Assembly (NCBI GenBank): GCA_024408495.1
Contig: JAKSUY010000002.1
Coordinates: 127-64,126, forward strand
Source of the DNA: Bacilli bacterium
GTDB taxonomy: Bacteria; Bacillota_I; Bacilli_A; RFN20; CAG-826
Reading direction: 5' to 3'
DNA length: 64,000 nucleotides
Positions 1 through 9,116 of the stretch are shown piece after piece (position 1 is the first letter of the stretch; each line of letters opens with the position of its first letter). The position numbers and the translations under genes were made by a program. The notes beneath the pieces were generated by a model. It worked only from the letters and a program-made list of their open reading frames with translations. It searched no databases and had not been told where the DNA came from.

Positions 1-9
1 TTTTTATCT

Positions 10-54
10 CTTTGCGATTATTAGCTCAAGCATAATGGCGTTTAACAACATCAA
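10..54 (+). repeat. 45-nt conserved leader element, copy 1, upstream of the C1 peptidase lipoprotein gene
   Basis: CTTTGCGATTATTAGCTCAAGCATAATGGCGTTTAACAACATCAA matches 1981..2025 at 40 of 45 positions. It ends about 60 nt before the ATG at 114. Confidence 0.6.
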
Positions 55-113
55 TTTTGTCTTTATTTACATTGTCTTCTTTTCATGCAATAATAACAAC
101 AAATGAGGTAAAT

Positions 114-1964
114 ATGATGAAAAGAAAAATAGTGTTAACTTTTAGTTTATTAACAATTTTGTCTTTAACCGCGTGTAACAATTCACCGAAATACACCGAG
201 GAAGACATAATTAATGCTTTTACGCAAGAAGCGCTAACAAGAATAGATAATCACGGAAAAGTTGGAAATAAGAAAGATGACATACCAATTTCCGCATTAA
301 AAGATTATCCAACCTCTTTTGATTTAAGAAAGGTTGACACTAATAACGATGGGATAGATGAAAATTATGTTACTGGTGTTAAATTCCAAAGACCATTTGG
401 TACTTGCTGGTCATTCGGTTCAACTGCCGCGGCAGAAACTTCAATTCTTTATGACTTGGGACAAGAAGCAATTATCGATGACAAAGACACGATTGATTTG
501 AGCGAACACCATACGGCCTGGTACGCCTATACTCCACTTCCTCAAACCGATGTACAAGGTGGAGAAGGCTTGATATCCATGGTTGATGGAGTAAATGAAA
601 ACCCAAGTTTAAGACTTAATTCTGGTTCTACCCAATTTGCAGCCTCTTCTTTGTGGGCAAGTGGAATGGGGGTTGTTCAAGAACCTGAATTTGATGAAAC
701 TTCTAAAGAAATAGAAGCTCAATTAACCTACCGTGGTAAAAACGCTATTAAGACCACAACCGAAAAAGGATATGCAGTTTATTCAAAAGAAGATGATTGG
801 TCAGTTGATGAATCTTTAAGATTCAGACAATCCTATATGTTAGAGAATTCGTTCTACCTTCCTCAATCTGTTTATATCAAAGAAGATGGAACGATGGATA
901 TTGATTATTGTGACTTAGCCAGTAAAGCGTATAAAGAGCAACTTATGAAAGGTCGAGCATTAGTTTTAGGATTTAAAGCTGATGCTTATTTAGCCGACAA
1001 AGTTGAAGGAATACCTAAATATATTAACGGAGAAACGTGGGCACATTATACTTATGAGCCATCAACTCCAAACCATTCTGTTTGCGTGGTTGGTTGGGAT
1101 GATAATTATTCTCGCACTAATTTCTTAACTAAAGTTCAATGCACTGTTAATGGAGAGCCGGCTTATGATAAAGAAGGTAAACCCATTATGAAGGCCGTTA
1201 ACCAACCACCTAAAGATGGTGCTTGGATTGTTAAGAATTCTTGGGGCGCGCTTGATACCAATTCCCAAGGATTAACCACTAGTGATTGGGGAATTGATGG
1301 AACCGGTTATTTTTACTTATCATATTATGATCTATCTATAGATTCGGTTGAAGCATATGACTTTGATGTTACTAATTCAATTAAAGGAGAATTAGATGAA
1401 TATATTATTGAGCAACATGATTTAATGCCTAACGAAGCCCCACACAACATTGAAACCAATTTCCCAATCGCAGAAGGTAATGTATTTATTGCAGAAGAAA
1501 GTGAAACAATTAAATTTATTAGTTGCATTTCCACAGAATATAAGGAAGAAATGAATATTAGTTTTTATAAGTTTAAAGGCGATGATCTTGATTATAATCA
1601 CCCAGTTTTAGAATTCAGTAAACAATTTGATAATAAAGGAATTCACGTTATTGAATTACCAAATTCAATCTCTTTAAACAAAGGAGAAAAGATTGCAGTA
1701 GCAATCAGTCAGAAAACTGATAACAATTATTTCTTAAGCGTAGGAAGCGAATGGAATAAAAAAGGATACGATAATAATCTATGTGATGACAAATATTACG
1801 CGGTTGGCGTGGTTAATAAGGGCGAAAGTTTTGTGATATTAGAAAATCAAGTATTTGATTTCGCTGATCTTAAACAGAAGATGGAAGAAATGGATGGTCC
1901 AACATCTTTCCTTAGTTACGATAATTTTCCAATTAAGTTATACGCTAGTATAGATAAAATATAA
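114..1964 (+). CDS. Papain-like (C1 family) cysteine peptidase, lipoprotein
   Basis: ORF 57..1964, with the start moved to the ATG at 114 behind a GAGGT SD. The signal peptide MMKRKIVLTFSLLTILSLTAC carries a lipobox. Catalytic Cys motif FGTCWSFGS, His motif NHSVCVVGWD and Asn/Trp motif WIVKNSWG are present. Confidence 0.8.
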   Translation: MMKRKIVLTFSLLTILSLTACNNSPKYTEEDIINAFTQEALTRIDNHGKVGNKKDDIPISALKDYPTSFDLRKVDTNNDGIDENYVTGVKFQRPFGTCWSFGSTAAAETSILYDLGQEAIIDDKDTIDLSEHHTAWYAYTPLPQTDVQGGEGLISMVDGVNENPSLRLNSGSTQFAASSLWASGMGVVQEPEFDETSKEIEAQLTYRGKNAIKTTTEKGYAVYSKEDDWSVDESLRFRQSYMLENSFYLPQSVYIKEDGTMDIDYCDLASKAYKEQLMKGRALVLGFKADAYLADKVEGIPKYINGETWAHYTYEPSTPNHSVCVVGWDDNYSRTNFLTKVQCTVNGEPAYDKEGKPIMKAVNQPPKDGAWIVKNSWGALDTNSQGLTTSDWGIDGTGYFYLSYYDLSIDSVEAYDFDVTNSIKGELDEYIIEQHDLMPNEAPHNIETNFPIAEGNVFIAEESETIKFISCISTEYKEEMNISFYKFKGDDLDYNHPVLEFSKQFDNKGIHVIELPNSISLNKGEKIAVAISQKTDNNYFLSVGSEWNKKGYDNNLCDDKYYAVGVVNKGESFVILENQVFDFADLKQKMEEMDGPTSFLSYDNFPIKLYASIDKI

Positions 1965-1980
1965 TTAAATTTTGTTTTTT

Positions 1981-2025
1981 CTTTGCGATTGTCAGTTCAA
2001 GCATAACGGTGTTTAACAACATCAA
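1981..2025 (+). repeat. 45-nt conserved leader element, copy 2, upstream of the second lipoprotein gene
   Basis: CTTTGCGATTGTCAGTTCAAGCATAACGGTGTTTAACAACATCAA is 40/45 identical to 10..54. It is followed by a CAACAT/ATGTTG hairpin. Confidence 0.6.
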
Positions 2026-2130
2026 GATGCCTAATGTTGATAATTAACTACTTTTCAAATATAGTGAAGTGTGAAATTATCCTAGGAGGAAAAAAAAAAG
2101 AAAAAACTAGGTTTATTTGTCGTACCATTA

Positions 2131-4593
2131 ATGTCTATCGCTCTTTTAGCAAGTTGTGGTGGCACTCCTACTCAACACATTGTTACTTTTGAATCTAATG
2201 GCGGTACTCATATTAACACTCAAAAAGTAAATGACAAAAAAACTGCTATAGAACCTAATCCAGCGCCAACTAAAACCGATTACACCTTTGGTGGTTGGTT
2301 TGTTACCCCCGAATTCACTGGCGAAGCTTTTAATTTCTCTACACCCATAACTAGTGATATTACTTTATTTGCAAAATGGGATGGGGGACCACAGCCAACT
2401 TATACAATTGAATTTCAAGGAGAAAATTGTACATCAACATTAACTCCTGCTGCTCAATATCATACTGGTGATGAGGTTAATTTTAATATCAATGTTTCTG
2501 ATAAAACAAAATATAAATTACCCGAGAAAATTAATATCGCTGGTGTTAGTAGTTATGATTACTATAACTTAGAAGGAAAAGTAAGTTTCACTATTGAAAG
2601 TAATAACGTTTTAGTTGCCATTAATGCAGAGGAAATCGAACCTAGTGTTACTCATACAGTAACATTTGTTCTTAATGGTGCAACTAGTTCGCCGATTGAA
2701 CCAGTAATAGTTAATGAAGGCAATCCTTTCCCAAGCGATAAGATTCCCGCTAATCCCACTAAGGCAGGTCATGCCTTTGAAGGTTGGTCTTATAATGAGA
2801 AAACTAAAACCATTGTTGATTTAACTAAAGCTCCTATTATCAATTATGATCTTATTCTATATGCTTGGTGGAGCGAGGCTCAATCAGTAGATATAACCTT
2901 TGACGCGAATGGTGGTTATTTCGATAACAATCCTGAAACAACTAGTAAAACAGTCTCAACCGCTTATGGACAAGTACCGGTCGCGCCTACCCCAACTAAT
3001 AAAGTTGCTGGACAAACACTAGGATTTAAAGGATGGAGTCCAACTTTAGTGGCTGCTACATCAGAAACTACATATACTGCTCAATGGGATAATACCTATA
3101 CAATTACAATTTCTGGTGAGAACGTAGAAACAACATCCGTAACCTTTGTTCACAATGATTTTCGTCCTATTTTGCATCAAGTTTTCTCTGTTAGTGGTTA
3201 TGTTTTAAACGAAAATTACATTGATGTAAATCCTAGCAATGCTGCTAATGTTCGCTACGCTAGTGAAAATGTTTTGGAAATTACACCTAAAGATAACATA
3301 GACAATATTACAATTACTCTTAAAGCCGATGAGGAACCTGAAATAAAATATTTTAACGTCACCTCTTCCGGAGTAAATATGGAATATTTCAAAGATGAAG
3401 CTATGGAAGTACCTTTAGACTTAGTTAAAGTTAAAAGTGGTGAGGATTTTGTGTTTTATATGTGCGCTACTCAGGAAAGTAATGACGAAGGCAATGTCCC
3501 CCCTTCTCTTTTGGATATTAAAAATGATCAGGTAACAATAAAAAAAGGTGATGGTTATAAAATTGAAAATGTTGAAGGAACATTGATTGAGAAAAAGGTA
3601 ACTATTGATAAAAAATATATTACAGGTGATATTTCGATAAAAGGTGACGCAGTTGAGGTTGATTGTTGTCAAATTACCTTCCCGTTCTTTGTTGGATTAA
3701 AAAGAATAGAAGAACCATTTTATTTTGATAAGGCTAACCCAATATCAATAAAATTTGAAGCTACGGATGATTATCATTATACTGGTGAATTATTAACACC
3801 AGATAATATTGTTCTTAATTTAACTGGTGAAGGAACAGATTGGAAATATTTAACTGATCCAATATTTAATGATTTATGGTCTTTTGATAGTTCAACATAT
3901 ACTTTAACCATAAATGCTAATGTTGTTGAAACTGATGTTAATGTAATTCAAATGGCAGCGAGAGGAGCTCAAACAAAGTTAGAAGAATACACTTGGGAAG
4001 AAATAGACGCTGTCTCAACTTATGGTTTTGCACAAGATGTTTTTGCAATTGGCGATACTAAATCAATATATGTTAATGAAATTATTTATCATTTAAGAAT
4101 AATTGATTTTGAAGCAGATAAAGATAAAGATGGTAACAATTTAATTACTTTTGAATTTGCTGAAACAATTAGGGATTTTTCGACACCTTGGAATAATAAA
4201 GATGGCGGCAGGTATTCTCGAAATCGCAATTTTATCAAACGTTCTAATCTAAACGATGCTCTTCAAAAAGGTGGAGAGGTATATAGAAAAATACCAACTG
4301 ATTTAAGAGATGTTATTAAAGTTGTTAATAAAATGGTTGAAATTCTTCTTAAATATCCGTTTACACCAGGCTATTACGACACTAAATTATTCCCGTTATC
4401 TAAACAAGAAATTGAAGGTGGATATGCATATTATAAAAATGGTGGAAGTCGAGCGAAGGGAGTGAATTATTGGCTCCGTTCACCTAATACAAATACCATA
4501 GTTGCCTCGTGGTATGTCGAAAGTGATGGTAGCCTTGATAGCAAACACGTTGATAATTATTTTTTCACTGTTGCCCCTGCTTTTTGTATTTAG
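2131..4593 (+). CDS. Surface lipoprotein with Listeria-Bacteroides repeat (Flg_new-type) domains and a C-terminal WLRSP-motif domain
   Basis: Repeated units of the form VTFESNGG...P.P.K.DYTFGGWF...TPITSDITLFAKW, and a LLASC lipobox. The first ATG is at 2131, but the frame is open from 2086 and encodes the K-rich n-region of the signal peptide (see finding). Confidence 0.75.
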   Translation: MSIALLASCGGTPTQHIVTFESNGGTHINTQKVNDKKTAIEPNPAPTKTDYTFGGWFVTPEFTGEAFNFSTPITSDITLFAKWDGGPQPTYTIEFQGENCTSTLTPAAQYHTGDEVNFNINVSDKTKYKLPEKINIAGVSSYDYYNLEGKVSFTIESNNVLVAINAEEIEPSVTHTVTFVLNGATSSPIEPVIVNEGNPFPSDKIPANPTKAGHAFEGWSYNEKTKTIVDLTKAPIINYDLILYAWWSEAQSVDITFDANGGYFDNNPETTSKTVSTAYGQVPVAPTPTNKVAGQTLGFKGWSPTLVAATSETTYTAQWDNTYTITISGENVETTSVTFVHNDFRPILHQVFSVSGYVLNENYIDVNPSNAANVRYASENVLEITPKDNIDNITITLKADEEPEIKYFNVTSSGVNMEYFKDEAMEVPLDLVKVKSGEDFVFYMCATQESNDEGNVPPSLLDIKNDQVTIKKGDGYKIENVEGTLIEKKVTIDKKYITGDISIKGDAVEVDCCQITFPFFVGLKRIEEPFYFDKANPISIKFEATDDYHYTGELLTPDNIVLNLTGEGTDWKYLTDPIFNDLWSFDSSTYTLTINANVVETDVNVIQMAARGAQTKLEEYTWEEIDAVSTYGFAQDVFAIGDTKSIYVNEIIYHLRIIDFEADKDKDGNNLITFEFAETIRDFSTPWNNKDGGRYSRNRNFIKRSNLNDALQKGGEVYRKIPTDLRDVIKVVNKMVEILLKYPFTPGYYDTKLFPLSKQEIEGGYAYYKNGGSRAKGVNYWLRSPNTNTIVASWYVESDGSLDSKHVDNYFFTVAPAFCI

Positions 4594-4597
4594 CGGC

Positions 4598-4740
4598 ACT
4601 ATAACTTTGGGGTGTCCAATTTTCAATGTTATAACTTTAGACCCCTAACCCACTTTAATGTTACACTTTTATAACGTTATCATAAGGGTATACCCTAAAG
4701 TTATCTCATTGAGGTCTCCCGGCCTATACCTTAAAGTCAC
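4598..4740. repeat. Cluster of short inverted repeats (REP-like) between convergent genes
   Basis: The ATAACTTTGGGG / ATAACTTTAGACCCC / CCCTAAAGTTAT / ACCTTAAAGT motifs occur in both orientations. TATACCCTAAAGTTAT recurs as TATACCCTAAAATTAT at 10281..10296. Confidence 0.5.
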
Positions 4741-4854
4741 ACTTACTGAAAATTATGTAGACCAGAGAAATGTTGGTGCTCATAAAGTTTAAGTTTTGAT
4801 TTTTTCACCGGTAATAAGTCATAAGAGAGTTTGTTAACTCTCCTCTTTCGTGAG

Positions 4855-6036
4855 TTAAACTATTATCTCTTTAAAAGCTTCTAACCTTAATCGAATTTGC
4901 TCAAATTCTTCATAATCATAAAGCGTTTCAATTGCGTTAAAGGGAATGTTATGTTTTATCGCTAGTTCGTTTAAAATCAATTTTTCATAATCATATTGGA
5001 TTTGTCCGCGTAATAAATAATATATAATCCCGCTTATTTTATCGCCTTTAGTATCTAATAATTTAACAACTTGCGAATTTGTATAAATTGGTGAAATGTC
5101 ATATTTTAGATAAAAGAACACTAAAGATTTGATATTGATGATTTTGTTAGTCAATAATTTTGATGATTTTATGTGTTCAATATCGGGATGGATCATTTTT
5201 TGTACATTTAAGTTAATTTCTTCCGCATTAAATATAAAACCATAATTAGGTGGATAAATTGGAGAACCAACAAGTAAAACATTTGAATTAATGTTTTCTT
5301 TTACTAAACAGTTTCGATTTATTTCGTTATTTAATAATTCAAGATGATGAATCCACTCCTTTTTATTTATACTCATATGATAACTATTCGCTAAATATAG
5401 AAACGTAGAGGCGCTTAACCTATGGTTATTTTTAAATTGAGATTCTATTTGTTCAAATTGAATAGCGGCGTTTCTTGAAATACGACATTCTTTGTTTAAT
5501 TTCGTTAATAATAGTTTCTTTCTAAAATGCTTTTCGATTAGTTTTATCACACGCTTAACTTCATTAATGTATCTTCTTTGTTGCGATATATCTTCTTTTT
5601 TAAAGGGGACTTCGTAACAAATTATGGTAACTTCATCAGCGAGAATAACGGGTAGTTTTTTATAATTATCATTAATTAACGGGATTAAAAGAACATCTTT
5701 TTTGCTTATGTTTAATTCTTTGCTTTTTAAAATACCAAGAATTGATTTAGTTTGATCATCGCTATCTTTTATATAACTTATGTCTTTAAATAAAGTAGAT
5801 TCATAACTACCGCCAAAAACATAAGTAAAAGGTAGATTCATGGCTCGAATTATTTCTTCAGGAAAAGAGTAGCCTAGCATAATCACTCGCCCGTTTTTAT
5901 TATTTTGTGCGCAAAAGGAAGGATAATTTTTTCCTATTTCTAGGAAATACTTAAACTCTTTAGTACCTAGATTCGCTTTTTCAAGTTTATCTAGAAATCT
6001 TTCCCATTCTAATTTATATTTGCTTTTCTCTTCCAT
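4855..6036 (-). CDS. 2-hydroxyacyl-CoA dehydratase / benzoyl-CoA reductase subunit-like protein (HgdB/BcrC-type family)
   Basis: 393-aa ORF that is the last gene of a 4-gene minus-strand operon, next to an activase gene. Size and context fit the D-component family. Assignment by eye is weaker than for its partner at 6833..8125. Confidence 0.5.
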   Translation of the reverse strand: MEEKSKYKLEWERFLDKLEKANLGTKEFKYFLEIGKNYPSFCAQNNKNGRVIMLGYSFPEEIIRAMNLPFTYVFGGSYESTLFKDISYIKDSDDQTKSILGILKSKELNISKKDVLLIPLINDNYKKLPVILADEVTIICYEVPFKKEDISQQRRYINEVKRVIKLIEKHFRKKLLLTKLNKECRISRNAAIQFEQIESQFKNNHRLSASTFLYLANSYHMSINKKEWIHHLELLNNEINRNCLVKENINSNVLLVGSPIYPPNYGFIFNAEEINLNVQKMIHPDIEHIKSSKLLTNKIINIKSLVFFYLKYDISPIYTNSQVVKLLDTKGDKISGIIYYLLRGQIQYDYEKLILNELAIKHNIPFNAIETLYDYEEFEQIRLRLEAFKEIIV

Positions 6037-6042
6037 AAATAA

Positions 6043-6840
6043 TTATTCACTACAATGTTCTTTAGCAAAAAAAGCCGCTCCAATCGCACCGTTAAATTGT
6101 GAATATTTACCTGATGTATAAACATCTTTTAATAATTCATCTTCAAAAGCTTTCTTTAATCCAATATCAAGTCCGCCCCCACCGCTTAAAAGAACATCTC
6201 CATTAATTAATTCATAACGAAGCATTTTCATGATTCGATTTACTAAAGCAATATGAATTCCTGCTAAGATGTCATTCCGATCATATTTTCTTGCGATTAA
6301 AGAAATGATTTCTGATTGAGCAAACACAACACAAGTACTATTGATATTACATGGTTGTTTGCTTTTTAACGATAATGGCCCGATTTGGTCAATGGAAGTT
6401 TCTAATATTTGAGCACAAGTTTCCATAAATTTGCCCGTTCCAGCTGCGCATTTATCGTTCATCGCAAAATTTTTGATTGAATAATCAGGATTAAGGTATA
6501 TAACCTTACTATCTTGCCCTCCGATATCAATTATTATTCCAGGCATGTAGCCTTCTGGAGCGGTGTGTTTTGCTCCATAAGCATGAGCGGTAATTTCTGA
6601 TACATCGCCATCTGCTATATCAATTATCTTTCGACTATAGCCAGTAGAAAATATTGATTTAATGTCATCTTTTTTAATTTTGTTTTTCTTAACAATTTTA
6701 TCGATTAATTTATTTGCCGCAGCCGAGTTATTAATACCACTATTACAAATAGCGGTATCAACTATTTCATTATCTTTAATTAAAGCGACTTTTATATAGG
6801 TTGAACCAGCATCAACGCCAATAAAATAATTCTCATTCAT
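6043..6840 (-). CDS. CoA-substrate-specific enzyme activase (BcrAD/BadFG/HgdC-type ATPase)
   Basis: N-terminal GVDAGSTYIKVAL ASKHA phosphate-1 motif, IIDIGGQDSKVI, and NDKCAAGTGKF, whose cluster-bridging Cys context is typical of HgdC-type activators. Length is 265 aa. Confidence 0.8.
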   Translation of the reverse strand: MNENYFIGVDAGSTYIKVALIKDNEIVDTAICNSGINNSAAANKLIDKIVKKNKIKKDDIKSIFSTGYSRKIIDIADGDVSEITAHAYGAKHTAPEGYMPGIIIDIGGQDSKVIYLNPDYSIKNFAMNDKCAAGTGKFMETCAQILETSIDQIGPLSLKSKQPCNINSTCVVFAQSEIISLIARKYDRNDILAGIHIALVNRIMKMLRYELINGDVLLSGGGGLDIGLKKAFEDELLKDVYTSGKYSQFNGAIGAAFFAKEHCSE

Positions 6841-8125
6841 TTTCCCTCATCTCCTTTATTTTTTTATAATTAATCATTTCGATAAACGCTCCAACGCGCG
6901 TTCTTATGAGTTCTAAATCTTCATCGTTCATATCGGTTTCTATTTTAATAACGCTTATCCCTTTATCGGTAAGATATTTTTCGATACGCTCACATTCATA
7001 TTCATTAGTAATGCATCCTTTTAAATTGTGGTAAATAACGCCATCGATATTTTTATCTTTAATGGTTTCCATTATTTTTTTAATTTGCACATCATTATCG
7101 ATGAAACACGGGCAAACACATGGTTTAATATATCGATTAGCTAGCGCACGATAATAGCCAGATAAAGAATCATTAGATATCGAGACAAAGTCATTCATAT
7201 ATCTATCGCCTAAACAAGATTTATCACTAACAACTATTCCGCCCTGTTCCTCAATAATTAACGGTAATTTAATATTAGGGAAAGATATAGCAGAACCCAT
7301 TAAAAGAATCCGTGGTAAACGTTTTTTGGTAAGATAATTGTTCTCTTCCTTTTTCTTTAAAAGTGCAGCGTTAAGTTTTTTAAGATGAATATACCAACTA
7401 TTAATATCATCGTATAAAAGTGCATTCATAATTATTGTAGCGTGAGTGCCGCGAATTAATAGATTCTTATTTGCGCATAATTTAGTAAATAATTGGATTT
7501 CTTCTTGAACTTTTTGCTGTAATTCTATTTGTTCTTTAAGCGCCGCTCTTTTTAAAGGGATCCCGGTAATCGATGATATTTGTTTAATCATATTTTTAAT
7601 TTCTTTTATATATAAACAAATTCCTTCATCATCATAACGGTTATAGGGAATATATAGCGGAATGGTTGGCTTATATAAAGAAAGTGACTTAGCTAGATTT
7701 TTCTTACAATCACAAGTAAGTGGCACTACGTACATATCACATGCATTATATATTTGACTAGTTTGGCTATTTACACTAGCAAGTATTGATTTAACAAGTG
7801 GACAACTATCTTTTGGTGTATTAGCATCTAACACATTAAATCCGATGACATTATTAGAACATAATAATAAAGGTCTCGCTCCTAATGCCCGAATGATTTC
7901 AAAAGGAACCATTACACAATATAAACCAATAAATTTTTCATCCTTTTTATAGATAGGTATTTCATTATCAATAAATATTTTTTTGATAACATTCTTAAAA
8001 TAATCAAATCCCTCTGGTGCGCCTGGTAGTGCATCTAATCTTTGAAGATATTTAGAAGCATTATTAATGATTTTATTTAAATAACGTTCTTGATATCTTT
8101 TAAATCGCTCATTTTCCTTGTTCAT
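6833..8125 (-). CDS. 2-hydroxyacyl-CoA dehydratase subunit-like protein (HgdA/BcrB-type family)
   Basis: 430-aa ORF with several conserved Cys clusters (SCPLV, LTCDCKK, KPCVCPCF). It overlaps the activase gene start by 8 nt. Confidence 0.6.
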   Translation of the reverse strand: MNKENERFKRYQERYLNKIINNASKYLQRLDALPGAPEGFDYFKNVIKKIFIDNEIPIYKKDEKFIGLYCVMVPFEIIRALGARPLLLCSNNVIGFNVLDANTPKDSCPLVKSILASVNSQTSQIYNACDMYVVPLTCDCKKNLAKSLSLYKPTIPLYIPYNRYDDEGICLYIKEIKNMIKQISSITGIPLKRAALKEQIELQQKVQEEIQLFTKLCANKNLLIRGTHATIIMNALLYDDINSWYIHLKKLNAALLKKKEENNYLTKKRLPRILLMGSAISFPNIKLPLIIEEQGGIVVSDKSCLGDRYMNDFVSISNDSLSGYYRALANRYIKPCVCPCFIDNDVQIKKIMETIKDKNIDGVIYHNLKGCITNEYECERIEKYLTDKGISVIKIETDMNDEDLELIRTRVGAFIEMINYKKIKEMRENE

Positions 8126-8918
8126 TTTCTTTACCTTTCTTATTTGATTGAGTGTTTAAAAAATCTTCAGTTGAAGATTTATAGATTATTTTATTACGAA
8201 TGGTTATAGATAAAGCGTTGTCTTTAGGACATTTTTTAATACATTCACCACAATATATGCATTTAGAAGTAGATATGTCTATTTTTTCTTTTTCTAGATA
8301 TATCGATTCAATTCGCATTGGACACGATTCATAGCAAGCACCGCATGAGGTACAAGCATCGTTATCTTTTTTCAATTTTACAAAATTAATTTTTCTAAAT
8401 AATCCAATAAAAGATCCAAGCGGGCACACGTTACAAAAAAACCTTCTCGCCATTGAATTAAGAGTAATCATAACTATTGGCACAATATATAAAATTAGCA
8501 TCGGAAATTTGATTTTAGCTAATATATCAGAGAAAAACGCAAGAAGAATGATTAAAGCAATAATAACGCCTAAAAAAACAATTAATAAGAATATATTAAA
8601 TGCATTAATAACTTTCATAAATTTACTATCACGTGGAAGTTGTGGCAAATGTAATTTGTTAGTTATCTTCCATAAGATATCTTGAAAGAGGCCGAGGGGA
8701 CATAAAAAACCACAAAATAATCTGCCTAATAAAATATAGAACACTAAACACAAAATTACGTATGAAATGATTATAGGAAGCAAGATATTTCTTAAATGTT
8801 CATTTGAGGAATTGATAATAGCAATTACACAACAGGCAATAAACCCAATATTTAAAATCGAGCCAATTATCATAAAGACTAATCTAATATTGTGAAATTT
8901 CTTATGATGCATGAACAA
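8109..8918 (-). CDS. Polytopic membrane protein with 4Fe-4S ferredoxin-type domain (NapH/MauN-like)
   Basis: Multiple TM helices, CGFLCPLG and CNVCPLGS membrane-proximal Cys motifs, and two ferredoxin motifs (CTSCGACYESCP, CIYCGECIKKCP). It overlaps the downstream dehydratase-like gene by 17 nt. Confidence 0.7.
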   Translation of the reverse strand: MFMHHKKFHNIRLVFMIIGSILNIGFIACCVIAIINSSNEHLRNILLPIIISYVILCLVFYILLGRLFCGFLCPLGLFQDILWKITNKLHLPQLPRDSKFMKVINAFNIFLLIVFLGVIIALIILLAFFSDILAKIKFPMLILYIVPIVMITLNSMARRFFCNVCPLGSFIGLFRKINFVKLKKDNDACTSCGACYESCPMRIESIYLEKEKIDISTSKCIYCGECIKKCPKDNALSITIRNKIIYKSSTEDFLNTQSNKKGKENEQGK

Positions 8919-9116
8919 ACCTTTTCTTAATTTTATATACTAAAATTAACAAACGCAAATGTTATACATTGTAGGCATGCGCTTAATGGCAACAGTCGAT
9001 ATTAAGATAAGGTTACATTATTTACATAATAACAAAGTGAAATTAGTTAAATAAGAATCAAAAAATATTGCTATTTAACCAAAAAATAGTATATTTTAGG
9101 TAAATAGGTGTTAATT

